This document shows positions 1-8,687 of a DNA stretch of 22,444 nt, piece by piece. The notes under the pieces were generated by a model, which saw only the letters and a program-made list of their open reading frames with translations, ran no database searches and was not told where the DNA came from. Source of the stretch: Promethearchaeota archaeon (GTDB lineage Archaea; Asgardarchaeota; Lokiarchaeia; Sigyniarchaeales; SOKP01); assembly GCA_016839585.1 (NCBI GenBank), contig JAEOTZ010000069.1:1-22444 (forward strand). The letters run 5' to 3'. Every line of letters starts with the position of its first letter. Position 1 is the stretch's first letter. A program made the translations under genes and the position numbers.

Positions 1-147
1 ATCAATTTTCTATAAAATTCTTAAATTTTTCTAATCATAAGTTTCTTATTTTTATTAAAGTTCCTAATATTTTTATAAATAAGGGAATTTAAAATAAAAA
101 TAAACATAAAAAGAATTAATAATTGTATAAATGGATTTAAAAATTCA

Positions 148-2277
148 ATGCAAAAACAGCCAATTCAAAAATTTTTATCATTTGCAGGAAAACTAATTCA
201 ATCATTTGAAAATAATAAAATTTTTGAAAAAGAGGTTAATCGGAATCTTGGAATAATTTACACACCAAACCAAGTTGTTGATTATATTGTATCTAATGTT
301 CTAAGAATATATTTTGAAGAATTGATAAATACTAAAAATTTATTCCAAAATGGACTTAATCTTGAATCTTTGAATTATTTTTTAAATAAAAATCAAAATT
401 TAAAGAAAGAATTAAGAGAGAGAATTAAAAACATAAAAATTTTGGATCCTGCATGTGGTTCTGGAAGATTTCTAGTTTCTGCTGCAGACAAATTGTATGA
501 TATTTATAAAATTCTTAATCCAGAAAAGAAAATATTTGATTTAAGAAGAGAAATAATTGAGAATCATCTTTTTGGAATCGAAATTGAAAAATCTGCTTAT
601 ATTATCTCAAAATTGAGCTTAGTTTTATGGCTTTTTTCCAAGAATATAACCAGTTTCACTTCTAATGAAATAAATATTGAAAATTTAAAGTTTGAGAATT
701 TAGATAAAATTATTGATGGCTTTAATCTCAAATTAAATATCTATAATTTAGATTTTCTTTTTGAATATAATTCAAATCAATTTGATATAATTATTGGAAA
801 CCCGCCCTATATTGAAAATAAAAAAGTAAAAAATAAAAATTATAAGAGGAAATTAATTAAGAAATTCAAATCAGCTTATCGATTATTTGATATTTCTATA
901 GTTTTTATAGAGAAATCTTTAGAATTATTAAAACAAAATATAGGTTGCCTTTCTTTTTTGACTACAAACAAATTCCTATCAGCCGATTATGGAATTAGAA
1001 TTAGAGAAATACTCGTAAATAATACTACACTTAAGGAAATAATCAATATTTCTTCACTACCTGTCTTCAAAAATATATCGGCGTATCCAATCATAATTTC
1101 TTTTCTAAAAAAGAAGCCTAGTAATGATAATTCAGTTTTAATTAAAAAATTCGACAGTTTGCAGGATATGCATAAAAATAATCTCAGTGATTCAAAAATT
1201 TTGCCTCAATTTTCAATAAAAAGCCTTCCTGCTAAAACAATTCCAATATTTGGTAAAATAAATTTATTAAATTATCTATATGATAATTTTAAACCAATGG
1301 CTATAGTGATTGATGATTTAAAAATTGTGTATAGACCATTTGGATTTTTAAATTATTCCAATTATTTTGATAATATCAGTGAAATGAAAGAAACAGACAA
1401 TGATCTCTTATTAATTGGAACTGGAAATGTAGGAAAATATCACATTAAGTTTGATAAACATATCAGAATTGCCAAAAAAGATTTAAAAATCTCATACTTC
1501 AAATTTGTTCCCCGTTTTGAAAATATCTGGAATATTCTCATAAGTGAAAAATTGATCTTTAGAGAAATTGCTAAAGATCTCACTTGGGTTTATGATCCCG
1601 GGTTATTTACAAATATTACAGGATTATATTCTTTAACTGTTCCTTCTTTTTCAACTGATCAGTTATTTAGTCTACTAGCAATTATGAATTCAAATACTAT
1701 AGATTTATCCTTCAAATCTTTATTTAGTTCTCTACACATGTCAGGTGGCTATTTAAGATTTAACGGGAGCTTTATAAGGAGATTACCATTACCCAAAGAA
1801 ATTCCTTTATCATTATCTTATTTAGGGAAGATTAATCAAATTCTCTCCCAATTACAATACGATTTAAATTCAATTGACTTAAAAATATTCAAAAATTCAG
1901 AATTAAATCAATTTAAAGAAAAATTTTACACAGAAATCAATACAAATTTGAAATTTTATAAAAATTTAACCAACACTTTAGTTAATGCATTATATTTTAA
2001 AGATATCTACTCAAAATCTAATATCCAGTTCAACTTATTAAATGAGTTACTTTATGGTAAGGATCATATTCCAAATATTCAATTCAAATACATTTTACCA
2101 CGATTTAATTTATCTAAATTTGAAACTTACCAGAATGAAGAGTTAAATTCTGTATTCTCCAAAATAAATAATTTCTATAAGGAATTGAATCAAAGTGATA
2201 AATTATTAAGTCAGATGGAAAATATATCTTATCAAAATTTAACTCTAGAGAGGATAAAGAGATTTTTTTCAGTTTAG
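148..2277 (+). CDS. N6-adenine DNA methyltransferase, gamma class (TaqI/Eco57I-like) with C-terminal target-recognition domain
   Basis: Motif X GIIYTPNQVV, SAM-binding motif I ILDPACGSGRFL, FGIEI, catalytic motif IV IIGNPPY, and a TaqI-C-like segment (KLIFREIA...LAIMNS...GGYLRF...RLPLP). Confidence 0.9.
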   Translation: MQKQPIQKFLSFAGKLIQSFENNKIFEKEVNRNLGIIYTPNQVVDYIVSNVLRIYFEELINTKNLFQNGLNLESLNYFLNKNQNLKKELRERIKNIKILDPACGSGRFLVSAADKLYDIYKILNPEKKIFDLRREIIENHLFGIEIEKSAYIISKLSLVLWLFSKNITSFTSNEINIENLKFENLDKIIDGFNLKLNIYNLDFLFEYNSNQFDIIIGNPPYIENKKVKNKNYKRKLIKKFKSAYRLFDISIVFIEKSLELLKQNIGCLSFLTTNKFLSADYGIRIREILVNNTTLKEIINISSLPVFKNISAYPIIISFLKKKPSNDNSVLIKKFDSLQDMHKNNLSDSKILPQFSIKSLPAKTIPIFGKINLLNYLYDNFKPMAIVIDDLKIVYRPFGFLNYSNYFDNISEMKETDNDLLLIGTGNVGKYHIKFDKHIRIAKKDLKISYFKFVPRFENIWNILISEKLIFREIAKDLTWVYDPGLFTNITGLYSLTVPSFSTDQLFSLLAIMNSNTIDLSFKSLFSSLHMSGGYLRFNGSFIRRLPLPKEIPLSLSYLGKINQILSQLQYDLNSIDLKIFKNSELNQFKEKFYTEINTNLKFYKNLTNTLVNALYFKDIYSKSNIQFNLLNELLYGKDHIPNIQFKYILPRFNLSKFETYQNEELNSVFSKINNFYKELNQSDKLLSQMENISYQNLTLERIKRFFSV

Positions 2278-2377
2278 TATTATTTAATTGAAAATATAAT
2301 AAAATTAAATTTTAACAAATATTATATAGTTAAGATAATGAAAAGTTAAAATTCAATTAAAGTAAGTTGTGTATAAA

Positions 2378-2698
2378 ATGGCAAAGAAAAAAATTTCACC
2401 TGCAGAGTCTGAGAATGATGAAGTTCCTGAAGGAAAAGTTGATGATGAAGGAGATGAAGTTATAGATTTATTTGAAGAAGAAGATAATTTAGAAGAGGAT
2501 CTTGAGTATGATCTTAGTCATATTGAAGATGAAATGTTAGTAGATGAAACCGAAGAAGAAGGAATTGGACAAGATATAGATGAAGTAGAAATGATGTTAC
2601 GAAAAGTTAAATGTGACCCTTGTCCAGGTAGCTCAAGTAAACGCGATTGCATAGTTAGAGATGATTTTGGCTGTCCTCCCGACAAAGCTAAAAAATAA
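2378..2698 (+). CDS. Small highly acidic protein with C-terminal four-cysteine motif, unknown function
   Basis: ATG at 2378 (MAKKK) preferred over the track's GTG at 2369. 32 of 62 residues in the central tract are D/E. Ends in CDPC-x8-C-x7-CP. Fills an otherwise empty gap. Confidence 0.75.
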   Translation: MAKKKISPAESENDEVPEGKVDDEGDEVIDLFEEEDNLEEDLEYDLSHIEDEMLVDETEEEGIGQDIDEVEMMLRKVKCDPCPGSSSKRDCIVRDDFGCPPDKAKK

Positions 2699-2736
2699 AA
2701 GTTCTCAAGAACCATAGTGATTTTTAAGCAAAAATT

Positions 2737-2780
2737 TTTTATTCAATATCTTTATTTTATGTTCTATTTTATTCAATATC
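2737..2780 (+). repeat. Exact 14-bp direct repeat TTTTATTCAATATC x2 with 30-bp period, upstream of the hydrolase gene
   Basis: Copies at 2737-2750 and 2767-2780 in the intergenic region. Confidence 0.6.
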
Positions 2781-2804
2781 AGTAATTTTTAGTGTATATT
2801 TTAG

Positions 2805-3821
2805 GTGAGGAAGACTATACTGTCCAAGAACCATAAACGTATAATAGTAATAATTATATCTTTCATAGTTAGTGCCTATATCTGGCACGTTAATGATAAT
2901 ATCTTCGGCAATACATTTCAAACATGTCTTAATTTATCAACAACGACATTCCTAATTATATTTACCCCATTTGAGATCTATTTTAGTTTTAGAGATTTAT
3001 GGTTTAAAAGATGGATGCCACTTTACCTGAATGATCTTGAGATTTCGGAAGTAAGAATTGAAATTAATACGAAAAATAAGAAAAAGAACAGATTTCTATC
3101 AGCTGATTTAATCATTCCGAAAAACCGAGAAGCAATTAAATCAAAAAATGCTATTATAATTATTTCTCATGGTTTTTCTGATACAAAAATGACACTCCAA
3201 TACTACTATTTTCCTTTAGCTTATAACGGTTATATTATTCTTGCCTATGATGCAAGAGGGATTGGAAAATCTAAAAAAGCAGGAAATAGAAGCCAATTTT
3301 TAAAAAGAATTAACGATTTTGAAAAAATTATTGATTGGATACAATCAAATAAAAAATTTACCCAAATGAATATATATTGTGTTGGATTTAGCATTGGAGC
3401 CATAACTGTTTTATGTGGAGGGTTTCCTAATCAAAATATTAAGAAAATTGTTGCTATATCTTCAATGTCATACTATAAGCAAAATATTCCAAAATACAAT
3501 CCTTTAATAATTTTAAGCTACCTAATTAAAGGAGTTAAATTATTTCCTAAAGAAAATGAAAACGTAAAATTATCTCCGTATTTAGTTATGGAGGCTGTAA
3601 AAAATAAACTTTCAACTGAAGAATGGAGAAATTTTTCTCAAAAAGTCATGTTAATTCATGCAAGAAACGATAGAATAATTAAATTGAAAAATTTCACTCA
3701 AAATAAATTGTTATTAGAAAGCCAAGAAAACCATCAACTAATTTTAAGGAAAGGGGGGCATGCTCTGAAAAAGAATGAGTTAGTCTTAGTTGGAGCAACA
3801 TTGAAATTTTTTAATTCATAG
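2805..3821 (+). CDS. Membrane-anchored alpha/beta hydrolase (serine esterase/lipase-like)
   Basis: Two hydrophobic N-terminal segments, IIISHGF, AYDARGIGKS, nucleophile elbow GFSIG, LIHARND (Asp) and GGH (His). Start codon uncertain because the GTG overlaps an SD-like AGGTGAGG. Confidence 0.85.
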   Translation: MRKTILSKNHKRIIVIIISFIVSAYIWHVNDNIFGNTFQTCLNLSTTTFLIIFTPFEIYFSFRDLWFKRWMPLYLNDLEISEVRIEINTKNKKKNRFLSADLIIPKNREAIKSKNAIIIISHGFSDTKMTLQYYYFPLAYNGYIILAYDARGIGKSKKAGNRSQFLKRINDFEKIIDWIQSNKKFTQMNIYCVGFSIGAITVLCGGFPNQNIKKIVAISSMSYYKQNIPKYNPLIILSYLIKGVKLFPKENENVKLSPYLVMEAVKNKLSTEEWRNFSQKVMLIHARNDRIIKLKNFTQNKLLLESQENHQLILRKGGHALKKNELVLVGATLKFFNS

Positions 3822-3897
3822 ATAACTGGTTGTTAAATTCTTTTATTTGTTTAGTTTAAATAATTCAATTTAAACTAATATCAAAAGGAATTAACTA

Positions 3898-4080
3898 ATG
3901 ACTAATTGTAAAATTTGTGGATTGAAAATTGGAATTAAAAATTTAAAAGAAGTCTTTCACTTTACCTTAGGAAATACTATAAACGGAAGATTTTATGGTA
4001 ATGAGACTATATATTACCACGTAGATTGCCTAAATGGAAAAAAACACTCTAAGCAAAGATTAATAGCTTCAATTAATTAA
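3898..4080 (+). CDS. Small zinc-finger protein, C-x2-C-x33-H-x2-C (PARP-type/LIM-like treble clef)
   Basis: CKICG near the N-terminus and YYHVDC at residues 39-44. SD-like AAGGA about 8 nt upstream of the ATG. Confidence 0.7.
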   Translation: MTNCKICGLKIGIKNLKEVFHFTLGNTINGRFYGNETIYYHVDCLNGKKHSKQRLIASIN

Positions 4081-4111
4081 AGGAATGATATCAAAATACA
4101 TAATAAAAGTG

Positions 4112-5272
4112 TTAAATTAAATTAATCATTTCTTTTATGGTTTCTAGAGCTAGTTCTATACTCAAATTGATTAGATCCAATTTTTTTTCAAAATAATTTG
4201 ACTCTGATTTTGATTTTTCAATTTCATCAAAAATGTTAAAGAATTGTTTTTGAGATTCTAACTCCATAGAAATAACTTTTTCTCTGGCTGTAGCATCGCT
4301 CATGTTTATAAAGCAACCATGATTTATGAAAGAGTGATCAAAAGCAGGAAAATACATTTTCCATAATTTATTTTTTAGTTTATCATAAACTATATTTGCC
4401 AATCTTCTGCAATAATCTTTACTTTTATTGCTATAACAGAAGTAAAAAGGTAGCTTACCTACACCATTATTTTCAGATAGATACTCTTGCAATTTCTCAG
4501 ATACGGTTTCTATTTGTTTATAGGTCAAATTTATATGAGTATGATCAGCTGAAGGATTACATTTAAAAAATAAAGGTTTTCTAGAATAGGGTATATTATA
4601 CAGTTTAATAATATTAAATATAATACCTTCCTTGAGCCAGTGATCAAATTTATAATATGGTGAAAGATTTTTATTTAATTCAATTAGAAATCTCTTAATT
4701 AAGGAAGTTTCATGAAAATCTAATATATATATTGGTATTGTCTCGTTTTTCCAAAAATCATCAAGTAAATCTTTAACAATTTTTACTTGTTCAGGAGGTG
4801 GATATTCATCTAAATCTTCCATTCCATTCTTAAATTCGGGTACAAAAGCTCTTCGCCAGAATCTATTAATATTTTCCCCATTTCTTAGATAATATCCCGA
4901 TTTATTATTTTTTTGAGGGTTCAGAAACCCATATGGATTCATTAAAGGCAAAAAAATCAATATTTGTTTATTCTGAAAAACATCACTAGTTTTAATTTCT
5001 CCTTCTTGAAGAATTTTAAAAAATTCTAATATCCCAAATAGACCATTATATTCGTTATGCTGTGCTCCTATGAATAATTTTACATTTTTAATCTGATTTA
5101 TATCTAAATTTTTAGTAATTGTTAAAACTGGGATTATACCATCAGAAATTTCATATTCATTATATTGAACATGTTCTAAATTATTATAACTCTGCAATTT
5201 TTTTAAGATTTCATCATATAATGTTTTTCTATCAGAGATATTCAATAACTTTTTTAAAGTTTCAAGATTCAT
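4112..5272 (-). CDS. M14-superfamily zinc carboxypeptidase / AstE-AspA-like deacylase
   Basis: FIGAQHNE (Zn ligands), FLPLMNPYGF, ENINR (carboxylate-binding NR), ILDFHE (third Zn ligand), candidate catalytic Glu in ISMELE. Confidence 0.8.
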   Translation of the reverse strand: MNLETLKKLLNISDRKTLYDEILKKLQSYNNLEHVQYNEYEISDGIIPVLTITKNLDINQIKNVKLFIGAQHNEYNGLFGILEFFKILQEGEIKTSDVFQNKQILIFLPLMNPYGFLNPQKNNKSGYYLRNGENINRFWRRAFVPEFKNGMEDLDEYPPPEQVKIVKDLLDDFWKNETIPIYILDFHETSLIKRFLIELNKNLSPYYKFDHWLKEGIIFNIIKLYNIPYSRKPLFFKCNPSADHTHINLTYKQIETVSEKLQEYLSENNGVGKLPFYFCYSNKSKDYCRRLANIVYDKLKNKLWKMYFPAFDHSFINHGCFINMSDATAREKVISMELESQKQFFNIFDEIEKSKSESNYFEKKLDLINLSIELALETIKEMINLI

Positions 5273-5278
5273 TTCATT

Positions 5279-6718
5279 TCATTCAAGTAATTTATCCCAA
5301 TCTGAAAAATTAATAATTTTTTTATAATTTTCAGCAATACTTTTGAAAAGAACACATCCTATACAAAACATATTAACAAAATCATCAACAGTTAAGTTTA
5401 AAAGTTTACCATCTTGTTTTGAGATAGCTCGTCCACGTTCAACTTCTATTTGTCCATTATACCCAGATAGATTTACAACGAATTCTTGCTTATTTAAACT
5501 TCCACTATATACTCCTCGAGCAATTCTAGCCAAACCACCAATAGGAATTATTTTTCCCATTTTCTGAACTAAATAAATTCTCATATCAAATGTATGTTTA
5601 CCATTTTTCCATTGAATTAAACTGAAATCTGCCATTTCTTGAATAGTATAAGGATAAGGATTTCTACTTTTCATGAATTTAACAAAAAACTCTTTTTCAC
5701 TCTCTTTAATGATATTTTTTATATTCGCCGGATCTTCATCTTTCGATATTGGCATAACTCCAGCTCCTCCCGAACCACCACTAGGTTTAATGATAAAAGA
5801 CTTTTTATATCTTCTTATGGCATATACCAACTTATTTATTAAATCTTCTTCATCGTATGCTTTAGTAAATAAGAGGTATTTTAGATTATATTTTTCGAGG
5901 ATATCTTTACTAAAATAACTTGCTAAATATGTTAGAGATTTATCGTCAGTAACTTCAAAAATTGGATTTACAATTATAGTATTTATTTTATGAAAATCTT
6001 CCTTAATTAATCTAATAAACTCTTCATTATTAAGGCGCCGAGCAATTCCATCCCCTATTAAAACACTTGCATTTTCATCTTGGTATTTAACCCAATTATC
6101 AGAAAATGTTAAATGAGTAGAAAGTTGTTTATAATCAGCTATTAAAAATACAATTTCTGCTTTAAAATCCTTATTATAGTTAGCTGTATTAAAAATTTTA
6201 ACTGAATATCCTTGCCCTTTTATTTTTCTTCTAAAATATTCCACCATTATAACTTTTTCATGAATTAAAGCATCATTAATTGGTACTCCAATTAAAATTA
6301 AGGCTTTATTATCATTTCTCTTATTTAATTTTCTTGCTTGAATAATAGCTTCATAGTATCCATCATACAAAATAGCTTGTTGCTTTTTTGTAATAATTGA
6401 GAGTCCCCTATGAGATCCTCCATTGGTTTCTAGCAAAAAAAACTTTTTTCCTTCCGGTTCATCCGAAACCATAAAATCAATGCTTCCCGCATAAAAAGAG
6501 TCTTTCTCAGATAAGTAATTATCTTTATCTTTTTCCATTTTATCTAAAGCTTTTTTTCTTACTATATCCGCAAATGTATCCTCCTGTGAAGCTCTTAATT
6601 CTGCAAATGAAACCAAGTCTAATCCAAGGGATCTCCCTAAGTTTATTAATTCTAAATCCGAATTAGTAATGCTTTTTGACATTAATTTTAAAAATTTAGT
6701 TAATGGATCCGTCTCCAT
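5279..6718 (-). CDS. Circularly permuted ATP-grasp ligase (CP_ATPgrasp/COG2308-like; local similarity to YheC/D and TTL)
   Basis: The normally C-terminal metal-binding strands (SIDFMV...FFLLETNG; D81, E97, N99) lie at the N-terminus, ahead of IVNP...TDDK, IIKPSGGSGGAGV, YTIQE, FDMRIYLV, GGLARIA and VVNLS. Confidence 0.8.
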   Translation of the reverse strand: METDPLTKFLKLMSKSITNSDLELINLGRSLGLDLVSFAELRASQEDTFADIVRKKALDKMEKDKDNYLSEKDSFYAGSIDFMVSDEPEGKKFFLLETNGGSHRGLSIITKKQQAILYDGYYEAIIQARKLNKRNDNKALILIGVPINDALIHEKVIMVEYFRRKIKGQGYSVKIFNTANYNKDFKAEIVFLIADYKQLSTHLTFSDNWVKYQDENASVLIGDGIARRLNNEEFIRLIKEDFHKINTIIVNPIFEVTDDKSLTYLASYFSKDILEKYNLKYLLFTKAYDEEDLINKLVYAIRRYKKSFIIKPSGGSGGAGVMPISKDEDPANIKNIIKESEKEFFVKFMKSRNPYPYTIQEMADFSLIQWKNGKHTFDMRIYLVQKMGKIIPIGGLARIARGVYSGSLNKQEFVVNLSGYNGQIEVERGRAISKQDGKLLNLTVDDFVNMFCIGCVLFKSIAENYKKIINFSDWDKLLE

Positions 6719-6842
6719 TAAGATCCTTCCTTAGTAATTAAGTTATATAATATTATAATTATACAACAATTCTTTTTTTATTTTATATATTTATATGGGT
6801 AAAAGAAATTATTCAAGGTATTGGCGATAAACTATTATCTCA

Positions 6843-8078
6843 TTATAGATAAAGATATCCTTGATGATTACCTTTAGTGCTAAGTCTAAGACTTCCTAAA
6901 AATATTTTCTTTATATCGAGTTGTTGCTTATAGGTTAAGTCGGAAAATAATAATATATAATTTTTCTCAACATTGATAGTAAAAAGAAGTCCTATTTCTA
7001 TCAATTCAGAGTTTTCAGTACATAATGCTATAATAACATAATGGTATGGGAGATTAATTAAATCATTAAATTTAATTTCGATCTCGACAATTCTCTCGTT
7101 ATCTTTATCATAATCGGTTTTTATAAATTTCATATCATTTAAAGGGATTGACATTTTTCTAAACTTCTCAAATATCTTAGAAAATTGACTTTGCCTCAAA
7201 AATCTTCTTTCTTCTTTACTTTTTTCGTAAAAATATTTGTTTTTTTCCTTGATAAGATATATTTTCCTATCTTTTCTTTTACTTGATGTTATTTTTTCAA
7301 TCTTCTTTAGTTCTTCGATAGTTTCATCATGAAATACGATTAATACATCAGGATCAACAGTCTTAATAAAAAAATTCTTATAAATAATCCCTGCTTCTGT
7401 TTTTATCCATCCATCTGTATCAATTAATAAAAAATCTGTGTTTTTATTATTTACTAAATAATTGTTAATTAATTCTCTGCAGAATACAGAAACGATAAAT
7501 TTGTAATTTCCTTTAGGGAAAGTACTTCCTATAAATGCAGTGTTCTCAGAATCGATATTATCACTTGATATAATATAATCATCTAATTTGCCAATGTTAA
7601 TAGTAGTTGGAAGATATATAATTTGTTGTCCTAGATCAGAATCAAGATATCCTCCTTTCAAACCTTCCTTAAAAAAATTATTTGCTAGATATTTAATGAG
7701 TGTTGTTTTACCACTACTAATCCCTAACACCATTATTTTTAAAGGTGATTCTCTATTATTTTTTTTTAATTCATCTAGAATTGAATCTTTGACTTCTTTC
7801 CATTTATTACTTATTGAATTTTCTTCTATTAATTCAATATTTTCTTCTAAATTAGTAAATATTTCTACTTTTGAATTCTCTAATGCATAAAGAGGATAAT
7901 TATGGGCACTGGGTACTATTAAGACATCTTGACCTTCACTAAATGATATATTTTTACCAGAAACTTCTTTTATTGGTAGAAAAATCTTTCCAAAAACATC
8001 TATTTTACCATCTAATAAGGTAACTCTTGTAGGTCCTTTTACTAATAACGTGTGCCCTTTAATTATCTTCTTAATCAT
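6843..8078 (-). CDS. Clp1/Nol9/Grc3-family polynucleotide 5'-hydroxyl kinase
   Basis: N-terminal beta domain (TLLVKGP...GKIDVFG), P-loop VLGISSGKTT, DSDLGQ, FIGSTFP, LIDTDGW, lid RRFLR. Confidence 0.85.
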   Translation of the reverse strand: MIKKIIKGHTLLVKGPTRVTLLDGKIDVFGKIFLPIKEVSGKNISFSEGQDVLIVPSAHNYPLYALENSKVEIFTNLEENIELIEENSISNKWKEVKDSILDELKKNNRESPLKIMVLGISSGKTTLIKYLANNFFKEGLKGGYLDSDLGQQIIYLPTTINIGKLDDYIISSDNIDSENTAFIGSTFPKGNYKFIVSVFCRELINNYLVNNKNTDFLLIDTDGWIKTEAGIIYKNFFIKTVDPDVLIVFHDETIEELKKIEKITSSKRKDRKIYLIKEKNKYFYEKSKEERRFLRQSQFSKIFEKFRKMSIPLNDMKFIKTDYDKDNERIVEIEIKFNDLINLPYHYVIIALCTENSELIEIGLLFTINVEKNYILLFSDLTYKQQLDIKKIFLGSLRLSTKGNHQGYLYL

Positions 8079-8175
8079 AAGTTAATCATCTTATGTTTTA
8101 ATTAATTTAAAAATATTGTTTTATTATTATAGTCTTTATTGAATTAGAATTTAAATTCATTCTCTTTAATATGCA

Positions 8176-8622
8176 TTATATAATTAATTCATAAAAGCGT
8201 AAGATTTCTTGAAAATCCAATTTTGTAAATAACAAATTGGCAGCTTCATCTAAATTTGGTTTTAATGCTAATCTAATTGATTGAATATGATTCCTTCGAA
8301 AATAATCAATCATATGTCTTATTAATTTTTCGCCAATACCTGTTCTTCTTTTCTCTTCTTTTACAATTAAATTAGAAATATATCCGAATCTGCCATTGTT
8401 TGAAGTTTTAATAGAGCAATGTCCCATTCCAATAACTTGATTTGTAATTTTTTCAAATGCAACAATTACTTCTGAATTTAAATCTTCTTTCATTTTTAAT
8501 TCCAAGTCGCTTCTCCATGCTTCTTCGTCAAATTCTTGATTCCTTAAAGAGCAAAGATATTTCATCAAAGCTGTAATTTCATCAATATCTTGTTCAGTAA
8601 ATTCTCTAATTATCATATTCAT
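8176..8622 (-). CDS. GNAT-family N-acetyltransferase
   Basis: IREFT..DI start, GYISNLIV, acetyl-CoA motif A KRRTGIG, C-terminal AANLLFTKLDF. Confidence 0.88.
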   Translation of the reverse strand: MNMIIREFTEQDIDEITALMKYLCSLRNQEFDEEAWRSDLELKMKEDLNSEVIVAFEKITNQVIGMGHCSIKTSNNGRFGYISNLIVKEEKRRTGIGEKLIRHMIDYFRRNHIQSIRLALKPNLDEAANLLFTKLDFQEILRFYELII

Positions 8623-8687
8623 GGTGTTATTAAAAATGAAAGTATCTTAAATATAATAATCTAATAATTAAAACAATAATTTATATT

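Noticed and set aside
2706-2835. 11-bp repeat CAAGAACCATA at 2706-2716 and 2825-2835 as a target-site duplication
   Set aside because: The enclosed sequence has no terminal inverted repeats or transposase, and the second copy is within coding sequence.
5279-6718. Calling the ligase a true tubulin-tyrosine-ligase-like (TTLL) ortholog
   Set aside because: FDMRIYLV, GLARIA and DFM...LLETN resemble TTL, but the permuted order and the DDK, GGLAR and VVN blocks fit COG2308-type CP-ATP-grasps better. Only a functional analogy is claimed.
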